Made by a program: the position numbers and the translations under genes. The notes under the pieces were generated by a model. The model was not told where the DNA came from. It saw only the letters and a list, made by a program, of their open reading frames with translations, and searched no databases. DNA of 64,000 nucleotides from Mobula hypostoma (lineage: Eukaryota): contig NC_086097.1 in the NCBI RefSeq assembly GCF_963921235.1, positions 81,842,001-81,906,000 of the forward strand, written 5' to 3'. Below, piece after piece: positions 25,671 through 38,030 of this stretch (positions are counted from its first letter, which is position 1; every line of letters begins with the position of its first letter).

Positions 25671-28600
25671 CTACTTTTATACCCTCTCCACTGGTATGAA
25701 ATGTTGCAGTAAGTGGACCAATACATTAGCACCAGCTCAAACCACCAAACTAGAACCAGTCATCACTTGTCATTACTCTTCATGAGTCTCACCCCTGTGT
25801 TCACCTAACTTTCATCTTTCCATAGTTGTGTCTCCATAGTGTCACCCAGGCACATGCAGGCAGTTCTGTTATGTTCAAGGCCATGGTGGTGAGACATTCA
25901 ACAAGCATAAAGATGAACCCTTTATAATACAACATCTCTCCTAATTGTCGTGATGAAGAAACTTTAGTCACCAGTTAAGGTTATCTTTATGTAAAACAAA
26001 TTCCATCAGTAATTCATCAGCCAAGTTGTTATCATCAGCCATGATTGTAAGAACATAAAATTATAATTTGCATCATTGTTTTCTAAAAGAAGGCTATTTT
26101 ACAATGTTGGGGTTTTTTCCTTCATCTATGATAAATCATGCCATCAAAGCTTGAATATTACACAGGAAGCCATTCCAACAAAATCTATGGTACTTCATCT
26201 TTTAATTGCTATAGCATGACTCAACATGGAGACAAAACCGTTTTTGTTATTGTCTGCATTAATGCAAATTTACTACTAAATCCATTGTGCAAAATTGGAT
26301 ATTTACTTTCCTCAATGTTCTAAACAGAAAGTATTCTTAATGATTAAAAACTGATACATGAATATGGGCATAATGGTGCCTCTGAGAGCATTTTGCGCTC
26401 TCTGCAGCACAGAATGGGGATGAAGTAAAATGTTCAATGATATTAGATATGCAAATGGTTATTGTGTTTTGAGCAATTTTGGACATTTAACTGTAAGATG
26501 CACTGCTTTGTGTGGTATTATTTTTGCTTATTTCCTTGAATCCGACATTAACAGTTAGCAAATTGAATCCTTTCCATAATACACTACATTATGCCTCTTT
26601 AGGATTAGCCACTTACATTTTCTGAAAATATAACGTATATTTTAATGATGATATCTTACATTTTAGTAAATTATAGTTGCATTTTATTGTCATTATTCTG
26701 TGGCAAATATTAATATATCAGGCATGTTCCAGTCCTGAAATGTCCAGGTGACTGAACTTCTATGTGAGGCTGCAATTAAATCTAACAAACACCCAAAAAG
26801 GAGGAGGGAATTGCAATAAAGGAATGCTGTGACCTAAAATATGGGGGTTCCTACTTATATGGTGCCTTAAGCTTTACAATGTTCTCAAGATGTCTGTGAA
26901 GATGCTCTCTTCCAGTTCTTATGCCGAAGGTACTTCCACTATTCTGTTGGGTACAAGGCCTAGCATTTAAAACCAATGACAATACAGAGATACTAATACA
27001 CAGAATGGTACACAATTTGCAGAGGAAAATACTCCTGAGTGTTTTTATTCAAGGTATAAGTTATTGGATCAGGAGGTACTTCTGGCTTTGTGAGTAAATG
27101 TTGTAGTTGCACATACTGTAGACACTGTGTGTTGTCATTTAGATTAGATTCCAATCAAAGAGGTTGAATTGTATTTGCGTTATAGATGGTGGGAGGTATT
27201 TATGGTGTCAGGAGGTAAGTCAGTCACTGTCTCTGATCTCTGACCTGCCCTTTCAGTCCTGGTGCTATTTATTGTGAGCTTTTGATCACTGGTAATTACC
27301 CTTGACCTATGTACCACCCCAGAATGTTGATGCTAGTGGTACTGGATAGCAAGTTATGCTTTTGGACAATCACTTTTTGGAAATGGTTATTGACCAGCTA
27401 TTTGAGAGACAAATTTTGCTTACATTACTCATGCTGTAGATCTCACTGAATACATTTGCTAACAAGCTGAGAATGGAATTAAATGTTGAACAATCTTTAG
27501 TGAAGACACTACAGCAGACCTCGTTATGAAAAGTCATTGGTGAAGTACCTTGAAGATAGTTGAAACTGCTTCTTTGACTTTCACAAACATAATTGTCTTC
27601 CTCAATATGGCTAGTGTCCAATGGATTAAGAAAATGGGAACATTTGTATAAGTGTGGCACAAATTGAAGGGCAAATAAAATGAATAGCAAATCTTTTATT
27701 TTTAGTAGTGTTGTTTGATTGATGAAAGTTGACCCAGACATCAGGAGAATTCATAGTTCTCCAAACTGAGAATAGGTATTTTGATGCAGCCTATTCAAAG
27801 AACTTGCATTTAACATCATATTAACAATGTAACTTTCTCTCAGTAGCATTATAAAGTCAATGTAGCACAGAAACTCTCTTTTTGCACCACATTGTCAGCT
27901 GAAGTGCCGTACTTGAAAATACTCCAGTGTCAGAGATGAATGCTTTGAACTAAAGCACCATGGTGTTAAACTGCAAATCAATTCCCTCTTTGGTGTCATA
28001 ATGCAGAACTTGAGAACAATGAGTACACTTATCTTACCTCATAGCAAGTTTCAAAGCTTTGCAAATTGTATGCATCTAGCTAATTTCTTCAGAATGTTTG
28101 TGGGGGTGGGGATTGGGGGGGGAGGAGAGAGAGAGGGAGAGAGAGGGAACGAACACATCTGGTGATTTATAATCCCGTTAAAGTTCTAGATTGGAAAATT
28201 ACATGACACAATAGTAACAGCATAAGGGGTAAGTATTTATGATAGTTACTAAGTTTATTAAATTGTATTTGGAAGTATCTAGATCATCCACTAAACATGC
28301 AGGAAAAATGAAGCCTTCTGAGATGAGTAATTGTCAATACTCCAGTGAGGCACAGAGGCTTGAAGGAAATCAAAGCACTCCAAGACAGGAGTCCAATTTG
28401 TATTAAATCAAAAAGATACTGAAAGAACAAGACTTCAAAGAGAGGTACTTCATCAAAGATCCATGACTAAACAATAGCAGCGCTGTTTCACAAGAAGGTT
28501 AGGTATAGTCTTTGTGATGGAAGATGATTAGTTAAGTGTTTTGACGTCCACTTTACCACAAGTGTATCTCCATAAAAAAGTCAAACAATAGTAGATCAGC

Positions 28601-29714
28601 CATGAAAACAACAAAGCCCAAAAGAAATAGATTAATGATGAGCTCACCAGGAGAAATACGTACACATACAGGTAAACCTTTTCAATGATTATATGACAAA
28701 TGACAATAAAAACAAAGAATTGTCTAGTCAGTCATTCTTTTCTGGCAACAGGAACAAATTTAACTCGTATGCTACAAACAATGGGATCAAGTTTCAAGTT
28801 CAGTTTTTGTCACTGGCCAGAGGGCCAACTAGGTTTTACGGCCAGGCTTCATTTAGGTTCCAGCGACATGCTTGGCATGCAATTCAGGCAGATGGCTAGA
28901 AATTCTGCACGTCTCGAAGGTGTAGCTCAACTGATGCAGCAAGGTTAAAGACTCATAAGCAGGCAAAAATCAGTTATGTGAGGGACACAACCAGATAGTT
29001 AGGCTGCTCAGTACATAGCAGCCATTACCAGAGGAAATTGCAAATTTACATTTTGGTCCTACTGGCTTCAGAATCCAATTGACATAAGCTAGTCTAGTTA
29101 AAGACCTACATGAAGTGTACAATATCACATCCCTACAAATTAACAGCTACCTGGAGATAACAGGAGTAGCTGCATTTCTTCAATTTTTAACATGTTGTTC
29201 CCTTAAGTCACACCTGCCAAATTACTGTAAGTCAGCCTTAAAAAGACCACAGCACACCTATCCCATTTGTACAATCACAACTTTCAAAAGCAAATTAGAT
29301 ATGCATTGCACACTTCGTTAATTGCATCAAAGTTAAATAAAAGTTAATAAGAACAAAAAAAAGATAAGGAACATATAAATCTGCAGACAACGAAAAAGGT
29401 TTAGAAAACTACCAATAACAAACAACACATTATGAATAAGGAATCCTACGCCACCTACAAAATTATGAAGCGTGTAGCAACTCCTTTGTCCAAAGTAACA
29501 TTTGAAAATGTTTCTGTCATTTATCTCCTTACCCAGACAACAGAAGGCATAAATCAGCTGTTAAAGGCAACCAATAAAATACTGTGTATTTCACATTTGC
29601 AAGATCAAAATATTTATTGATGAATGCTTTTACTAAAGAGTGCCACTTCTTTCAAAGTCAGGCCTTGGACACCATAATTTCATTCAATGTTCTGGCCTGA
29701 AGACCCCAAAGTCC

Positions 29715-32390
29715 TGGAATCAGATTCAGTATCAGGTTTATTATCACCGGCAATCGTGAGATTTGTCGTTTTGCAGCAGCAGTGCATTTCAATAAATAAT
29801 AAAAAAAATCATAAATTACAATGAGGAATGCAAAAAGAGAACAGAAAGATTAGTTAGGTAGTTACAGGGGTTCACTGTCCATTCAGAAATCTGACAGCAG
29901 AGGGGAAGAAGCTGTTCCTAAAATGGTGAGCGTGTGTCTTCAGGCTCCTATACCTCCTTCTTAATTGTAGCAATGAGAAGAGAGCACATCTTGGGTGATG
30001 GGGATTCTTAATGATGGATACTTCCTTTCTGAGTCATCGCCTATTGAAGGTGTTCTCAATGTTGGAGAGGCCAGCGCCATGATGGAGCTGGCTGAGTTTA
30101 CAACTTTCTGCAGCTTTTTTGATCCTGTGCAATGGCCCCTTCATACCAGGTGCCGATGCAGCCAATTAGAATGCTCTCCATGACACATTTGTAGAAATTC
30201 GCAGGAGTAGTTGGTGACATATTACGTCTCCTCAAACTCCAAATCAAATAAAGTCTTCGTCGTGAATTCTTTATAATTGTATCAATATGTTGGATCCAGG
30301 ATAGATCTTCAGGGACGTTGACACCCAGGAACTGGAAACTGACCACTCTTTCCCCTGCTGATCCCTCAATAAGGACTGATGTGTGTTGCCCTGACATCTC
30401 TTTCCTGAATTCCACAATCAATTCCCTGGTTTTACTGATGTTGAGTGCAAGGTTTGTTACAACACCACCAACCAGCTGATCTATCTCACCTCATCATCGC
30501 CGTCTGAAATTCTGCCAACGATTGTTGTGACATTGGCAAATTTATAGACGGCATTTGAGCTGTCTGGATGAAGAAGCAGCAGAGCAGTGGGCTAAGCACA
30601 TATCCTTGAGGTGTGCCAGTGTTGATTGCCAGTGAGGAGGAGATGCTGTTTCAGGTCCACTCCGACTGTGGTCTCCTGAGGAGGAAGTCAAGGATCCATT
30701 TGCAGAGGGACATTCAGAGGCCCAGGTTTTGGAACTTGTTGATTAGAACTGAGGGTATGATTTTGCTGAACAGCAGTCTGATATCAGAATTGCTTTTTCC
30801 TGCTGATCCAAGGCTGAGAGGAGAGTCAGTGAGATTGCATCTGTTGTTGTAGTGGGTCCAGCTCCTTGCTTAGGCTGGAGTTAATTCTAGCCATGGCCAA
30901 CCTCTGAAAGCACTTCAGCCCCGTAGATGTGAGTGCTAGTGGATGGTAGTCGTTAAGGCAGTTCACCCTGCTCTTTCATGATTGTCGTCCTTTTGAAGCA
31001 GTTGGGAACCTCCTACTGCAGCAGTGAGAGTTTGAAGGTGTCCTTGAACACTCCCACCAGATGGTTAGCACAGGTTTTCAGTGTCCTACCAGGTACACCA
31101 TCAGGGCCTACCACCGTGTGAGGGTTCACCCTCTTGAAAGATGGTCTGACGTCATCCTTCGCGACAGAGATCACAGGGTCACCAGATGCTGTGGGGATTT
31201 ACACAGGTTTAGTTTTGTTCTCCCTTTCATAAAAGATGTTGGACTCATCTAGGAGTGAAGCATTCAGCCATTCACAATGTTAGGTTTCACTTTGTGGGGA
31301 ATAATGTGCTGCAAACCTGCCAGAGGTGATGTGATTCTGACTCCATCTCTTACTTCAATCAAAATCGCGTTTTTTTTGCTCTTAAAATAGCCTTCCATAG
31401 ATCGTACCTGGACTTCTTGTATAGTTCTGGATCATTGGTTTTTAATGCCACAAATCTAGCGCTCAGCAGACTATGAATCTCCTGGTTCATCCAAGGCATC
31501 TGGTTTGGTTACATCTGGTATGTTTTTAAAGACACACATTCATCCACAAAGAGCTTGATGAAGTTGGTGACAACTGTGGCATATTCCTTCACATTTGAAG
31601 ATGAATCCCTGTATATTGTCTGGTCCACAAATCAAAGCAACTCTGTAAGAGCTCCTCTGTTTGCCTTGACCTTCTTGGTCCTTTCTACTGTTGCTGCAGT
31701 CTTTAGTTTCTGCCTTTGTGCTGGAAGTAGAGGCAGAGCCAGGTGACTGCAATTTCCAAACTATGGGCATGGGATGGCACGGTAAGTGTTCTTGTGGGTG
31801 GTATAACTGTGGTCAAGTGTGTTGTCTCCTCTTGTTCCACAGATGATATCTTGGTGGTAATTGTTCAGAGACCTCTTCAAGCTGGCCTGGTCGAAATCCC
31901 CCACAATGATCGGGAAGGCACCGGGGTGTACTATCTCGTGTCCACTGATCATGGTGCTCCATTCTTCCAGTATCTGGCTGAGGTTGGCAAAATGTGGAAT
32001 GTATTCGGCTACCAAGATGACATTAGAAAAGTCCTTCAGCAGATAAAATGGATGACTCATGACTGTTAGATGTTCCAGGTCAGGTGAACAGGATTGAAAC
32101 ATAACCGCCACGCTCTACGCTGTGATGAATTAATCATGAAACATACCCCAAGACTCAAAAGGTGACCAGTATTTTCAGTGGATGGTGAAGCCTATAGGCT
32201 GCAACACTGCATCAAAAATGGCAGGGGAGAGCCAGGTTTCTGTGAAATAACTTTTGCAGCAGTCGTTGATGTCCCTCTGGTGCTGCAACCTTGCTCTGAG
32301 GTCTTCAGTTTTATTTTCCAAACTGTACATTTACCAGCCGGACAGTCAGGTGTGGAGGTCTAAGGCCTCTGTATTTCAACTGTACCTTTA
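29715..32390 (-). mobile_element. Degraded Rex1/Babar LINE (APE, RT and 3' UTR)
   Basis: PIIVGDFDQASLK...TRGDNTLDHSY (APE) and MIVEFRK...SFQFLGVNVPEDLSW...FYKCVMESIL (RT 3' part); tail aataaacctgatactgaat. Confidence 0.85.
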
Positions 32391-32699
32391 ACCCAACATA
32401 CCTTCCATGCTTCCTTTTCATTAAAGGAGAAATATACTCATGCCCTGAGTCTGGGATTGGGGTCTACCAAACTGAGGATCAATAGACTTAAAGCGATGTT
32501 GTTTACTGAAGTACCCATAGCTGTGATTGAGAATTAGACCCACAGTAGTCCTAAACAGGAATATTTGGTTACTTCCCAGTCTATGACAATATTCCTGATA
32601 TTTTCAACACAGGATTTAAAAAAAAATAAGATTTCCTAAATTTGCAGTTTCCTTTTCATAAGGCTTGCATTTAGAAAGTATATTTTACAACTTGCAGAA

Positions 32700-33070
32700 C
32701 ATGCCAATGTACTTTAAAAGCAACAGACAGCTTTTGGGAATTGTCACCACTGCTGTATTGTTGAAAACACAACAGTTAAGTGGAGCACAACAAAACCCTC
32801 TGAACAGAAATGTGCTGGGAGATAGATATTCTTATTTCTTTCACTGTGGTTGCATAAGGGATAAATATCAACAGGAGACGGGGTTAACTCCTCTGCCATG
32901 GGATCTCTTATGTCCACTTGAGAGACCAGTTGAAAATCAATACAAAAGAGAGCAACTCAGTTCAGTACCATACTAGAATGGCAGCCCAAATCTTTGAAGA
33001 CTAATATCCGAAGTGGGATTTGAAAATAAAACTCCTGATTCAGAAAGGTATAACTCACTGAGCCACTGAG
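32700..33070 (+). repeat. Old SINE/L2-tail remnant
   Basis: gtgggatttgaa...ctgattcagaaagg...cactgagccac resembles L2/Deu-SINE 3' tails; weak. Confidence 0.4.
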
Positions 33071-33489
33071 AAAGTAAAAGAACCAATTGACAACTTGTGT
33101 CAATTGAATACAGTGGAAAAATGGTAACCGTCGGTGAACAGAGAGAAAAAAAATTCAGATGTGAATGAAAATATTTAAGAAATGAAACTGTAAAATAAAG
33201 TGTTTATTAAATCTCCCATTACATGATGCTCAAGACATAACACTTTGAATTGTTCTCTTTCTGGGAAAAAATATTTGATTTGCACTGATATAGTTTAAAG
33301 AATATGTACCCTATCTCTCTGTGGTGAATTAAGGAAGAAGCAAATGTGCAAGTCAAAGTATGGCGTTTGTGGGCTAGAAAGCTTTTGTACAGAACATAAG
33401 AACATAAGAAATAAACACAGACCAATAAAATGTCTGGATTTACACTTATGCTGAAATTCTTCTTCATCTTCACAACCCAGATCATCAGA

Positions 33490-33990
33490 AGAAAAGACCT
33501 CCCCACCATTGAGCACATCTACATAGAGCACTGCCACAAGAAAGCAACATCCATCATTAAAGATCTTCACCATCCAGACGGCACTCTCTCCCACCACTGC
33601 CATCAGAATGGAGATGCAGGAGCCTTAGGACCCTCACCCATGGGTTCAGGAACAGTTATTAGCCTTCAACCAGCAGGCTCCTGAACCATGGGGATAACTT
33701 CACTCACCTCAACTCTGAACTGATTCGGCAACTTAGACTAAATTTCAAGGACTCTCCAACTCATGTTCTCAGCATTATTATATATTTTTTTTTTGCACAG
33801 TTTGTCTTCTTTTGCGCACTGATTGCTTGTCAGTCCTTGTATGTAGTTTTATCATTGATTCTGTTGGATTTCTTTGCTCTAATACAAATGCTTGCAAGAA
33901 AATTAATCTCAAGGTAGTATATGGTGACTATGTACCAGATACTATCTTGAGATTCAATTACATAGATAATAAATTTATTTTGAACTTGCT
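33490..33990 (+). mobile_element. Rex1/Babar 3' end
   Basis: LPTIEHIYIEHCHKKATSIIKD; tail aataaatttattttgaactt. Confidence 0.8.
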
Positions 33991-34329
33991 GGTGGATTTC
34001 ATGTTTATAACAGAATGTTTACCTTGCCATTATTTTTGAACACATTTTGTAATATTCTTACTTTTAGTCTCTGACTATGCCTGTGATAATCCTAAAATTA
34101 TTTGAAGGATGAATATAAAACGTTCATTCCTCCAAGCTACCATTGCCTGTTTTGAAGTTGAAATATAGTAGGGGTTATTTCCACCAATTGGAAGAGCAGC
34201 AGGCTCACATAATTATAGCTTTGCTTCCTTTTCATTTCCACTAAGCTTAATGCCAATAAAAAAATAGCTGCACACTCTAATGACTGGTGGGCAAACTACA
34301 CCACTTGCATATTGATACATGGTGAAAAC

Positions 34330-34900
34330 AGGCGAGGGAAACGGAAATTCAAGCACATTATCCAGTCTGGACTGTTTCATTTTCGGTCTGTCTACACTGC
34401 CCGCCACCTCAGAGACAGCAGCCAACACGATCGAAGACTCCAACCGTCACATCATTCTCTCTTCCCTGTTCCATCAGGCAGAAGATGCAAAAGCTTGAAA
34501 AAACATACCACCAGGCTCCAAGGACAGCTTCCCTCCTGCTGCTATGCAGCTCTTGACTGGACCTTTTGTATGATAAATCAGACCTCCTGCTCCTGCCATC
34601 AGGCTGGTAGGTTAATTGGACATAGTAAATTGTCCTGTGATGAGGCTAGCATAAATCAGGGGTATTTCAATAAATAAATAAAGAACTTCTGATTGTTCAA
34701 TCTACTTTGTTGCATCCACTGCACCTTTTTTGACCAGCTGTACTGGATTTCAACTGTAACACTCTATTCTGCACTCGCTTATGGTTGTCTTTTTTGTACT
34801 ACCTCAATGTACTTGTGCCTGGAATGATCTGTCTGGATGGCTTGCAAACAAATCCTTTCACTGTATCTTTGAACATGTGGCAATGATAAGCCAATTACCA
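34330..34900 (+). mobile_element. Degraded Rex1-like 3' end containing a V-SINE (HE1-like) fragment at ~34600-34660
   Basis: PSGRRCKSLK motif; ggtaggttaattggacatagtaaattgtcc resembles the V-domain. Confidence 0.55.
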
Positions 34901-35070
34901 ATAACATCTTAACAATTCTATTTTGTGAAAATGTCAGATTTCTGCTTCCAGACAAGAAACTGACAGTTCAATTGCTCTGCTTAAATGTTGGGACATGCCT
35001 GAATGACATCCTGCCCCTTTGCCCTTGAAACTTTGCTGATGTGACTCATCTCTCCTCACTGACCAAAGAT

Positions 35071-36540
35071 TGTGGCAGAAGTACTTTGGAGTACTGGGCC
35101 ATCTTTACCACCAATGTCTTCACCCTTTCCTCTCCCTAACTTCACTCTCAGACACCTTGGTCCCTATATGCAGAGGGGCAACAGCAGACAGGAAGCAGGA
35201 AGAGGAGTGCTGTCTGTGGGCTTCATTGTGTCTGTGCACAACTCCATATCAATTAAATAAAAGCACACACGCGGGAGATGTCTTTAACTGGTATATTCAC
35301 ATTGCAGTGAGAGAGAGAGAACAATGTGCATGCGTAGACAACAGATCAATACGTAGTGCTGGGGGTGGGGGGGGTGTCATTGTTCTAAAGGAAATAGATC
35401 CATATATTACACTTTCTCTCCCTTTAGATTAATGTACCATAAAACTATATATGTACAAACCATTCAATTTCCCTTTCATAAACCCATATTCCAAATAAAC
35501 ATGCTCTCACAATAACAAGTCCATAATTAACTTCACAGTTCTAAAGGTTCAGTCTTTTGGGTGGCACTCCGTTTCTTTCAGGACAGCGCCTCTGGACCTG
35601 TGGAGTTGTGTCAGGTTTGGTAGGTGTCTTGTCTAAGACAACCTTCTTTGTTACCCATGTCACTTTGCTATCAGTGACATGATCATCACTGAGAGGTAAG
35701 TCCGGTGACTGTAATGTGTCCAGCTTGTTGGATGCAGTTGACTCAGGTGTGTTCTTCAGTTGAGCATCCAGTATCTGATCCACATGACATCTCCATATCT
35801 GATACCCAATATCCACTGTGTACATCAGTGGTTCAGTTCTGGTACCTATCCTACCAGGAGTCCACTTGTCTTCTGCGTCATCACATGCTTAGGACTTCTG
35901 TCCAATCTTGAAACTCCTTGCTGCTTCACTTGGCAACTGGCTGAACTGTTCATTCTGCACTTCCCTCCATAGACCTGGTTTCAGGAGGTCTATGTGAGAT
36001 CTCAGATTCCTCTTCATGAACAGCATTGCAGGTGTTTGATTTGTTGTCACATGAACAGAGTTCCAATACACAAAAAGAAAGTCATCCTCCATGTGCTGTA
36101 GAGAAATGTCTCTTTGTCCATCACTTTAATAGACTTCTTGAGGGTTTGGATAAACCTTTCAGCTAACCCATTTGTTGCTGGGTGGTGAGGAGCTGACTTG
36201 AAATGTTTGATACCATTTTTCTTCATGAACAGTTGAAACTCTTCTGACGTGTATTGTGGTCCATATCACTCACAGTTTGTTCCGGTAGGCCACTTCTGGT
36301 GAAGATAGTCCTCAGAGTGAAGGGAATCTTTGCCAAGGTGGTTGACTTCATTGGTGTAACCTCCGGCCTCTTTGAATGAGCATCCACAATAATCAGGAAC
36401 ATGGAGTCCATGGGAATAGCCCAGCAAAGTCAACATGTACTCCGAGCCACAGTGAAGACTGCCATTCCCACAGGTATAATGGTGCCTGTAGGGATGCATT
36501 TTGAACTTTTTGGCATCTTTTGGCCAAGTCTCTGATCTGT
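35071..36540 (-). mobile_element. Gypsy remnant: integrase, PPT and 3' LTR (35071-35411)
   Basis: VHVDFAG, FLIIVDAHSK, GLPEQ.VSD, APHHPATNGLAERF and C-terminal PPKRLNL*. PPT AAAGGGGAGAGAAAG directly precedes TGTAAT at 35411; LTR ends in CA at 35071. Confidence 0.85.
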
Positions 36541-36644
36541 TTATCTATTCCCTATTCTGCATGCACAGACACCAGATCAATACATAGTTCTAAAGGAGCC
36601 GGGGGGGGGGGGGGGCATTTTTTTTGCAGTGTAGTAGTCCAATC

Positions 36645-36780
36645 ACAAACAACAGGAAATCTGTAGATGCTGGAAATCTAGGCAACACACACAAAATGCT
36701 GGAGGATCTCAGCAGTCCAGGCAGCATCTATGGAAAAGAATACAGTCGACATTTTGGGCTGAGACCCTTCATCTGAGTCC
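36645..36780 (-). repeat. Short Penelope-derived repeat with decayed hammerhead
   Basis: aacacacacaaaatgctggagg...cagtcgacattttgggctgagacccttcatc. Confidence 0.75.
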
Positions 36781-37675
36781 TGACTTGCTGGAACTATCAC
36801 TCCATGAACACAATTACAGAAGAAATGCATTAGAATGGCCCCATCTAACAACTTCAGTCCTAGGATGAATGACCAATATCTTAAACATGAATTCTAAATA
36901 ACCGTTCTCACTTTGAAAACTAGAAACATATTTTTAACTAACACTTGCAATTTATTTTGTGTAAAAACTGTATATGAGAGGAATGGATTATTAATTATTT
37001 ACCTGTAATAATTCAGAAAAATAAAATTTGTTTATCTTTAGATAATGAAAAAAATATTTCCAGTGATTTCCGTGCTGATTTCATCAATTTCTTTTCACAT
37101 TCATTCAACATAGTGATGTTCTTGGTTCTCTACACACTGTAACTGTGAGAAACACCAACATAGTTATTAATTTTTCATTAGATTCTATGATTATATTTTT
37201 AGTGAAATGATGCACTTAATCAAAGATCATATTTCCCTTTGATGCTAAGTGTAATGAAAGGGTGATGCCTGCAAGGAGGTAGAGTATGTTTAGGATGAAG
37301 TAGTAATGGATTTCTGCACCCAGAACTCTGAATTATTCTTTCTAAATTGTGCGAAAATTAAAGCACACATATCAGATTAAGCATTGTTAATTCTTGTTAC
37401 GGGCTAATAGAAGTAGTCCTGTGCTTTGCTGCACTAGGACTTTTTTTTTAAAAAGTACATCCTTCACTTTCATATGAGACAGAATGGAATTGTTATCTTT
37501 TTACTCTCTCTCTCTCTCTCAAATCTTGATATGACTGGCTCTGTCGAGCCAGTCCAAATTGTGGTCACATAGAAATAAAACAGATGGTATGGAAGTTTGT
37601 ATCTTGGACAAAGAGAGGGGCTTTGGTTGGAGGGTGGTGATTGGGAAGAGATTACCCACATTCTCTCTCATTAGG

Positions 37676-38030
37676 GAGAGAGAGAGAGAGAGAGAGAGAG
37701 AGTCTGTGGCAAGTTGAACTGTTGGGGTGACTGGTGTTTTTTTTTGATGGACTGTAGATCATGATCTCTTAGGGAGCTTTGCTATTCCTTGCATGGCAGG
37801 TGGTTGGGGTTGATGCTTTTGGCTGAGCCAGGTGGGGGGAGGGGAGGGAGAGGGTTGACGCTTCTGCTGGGGCTTGTGCGTGGGAGGGGGAGGGAGGCTT
37901 TGGCGTTCTAATGTTTTCCTGTCATTCATTCTTTGGGGGTTTTCTTCTGTTTCATGGATGTCTGCAGAGAGTAAGAATTTCAGGTTGTATACTGTATACA
38001 TTCTCTGATAATAAATGGAGCCATTGAACC
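37676..38030 (+). mobile_element. (GA)n tract plus 3' part of the non-coding Rex1-tail element
   Basis: Reverse-complement match to 2700-2960; tail aataaatggagccattgaacc. Confidence 0.65.

Noticed and set aside
36601..36625. Poly-G and poly-T runs
   Set aside because: Simple homopolymers with no further structure.
37002..37142. Possible minus-strand exon with CAG|GTAAAT donor
   Set aside because: Stops in all three frames from the nearest acceptor.
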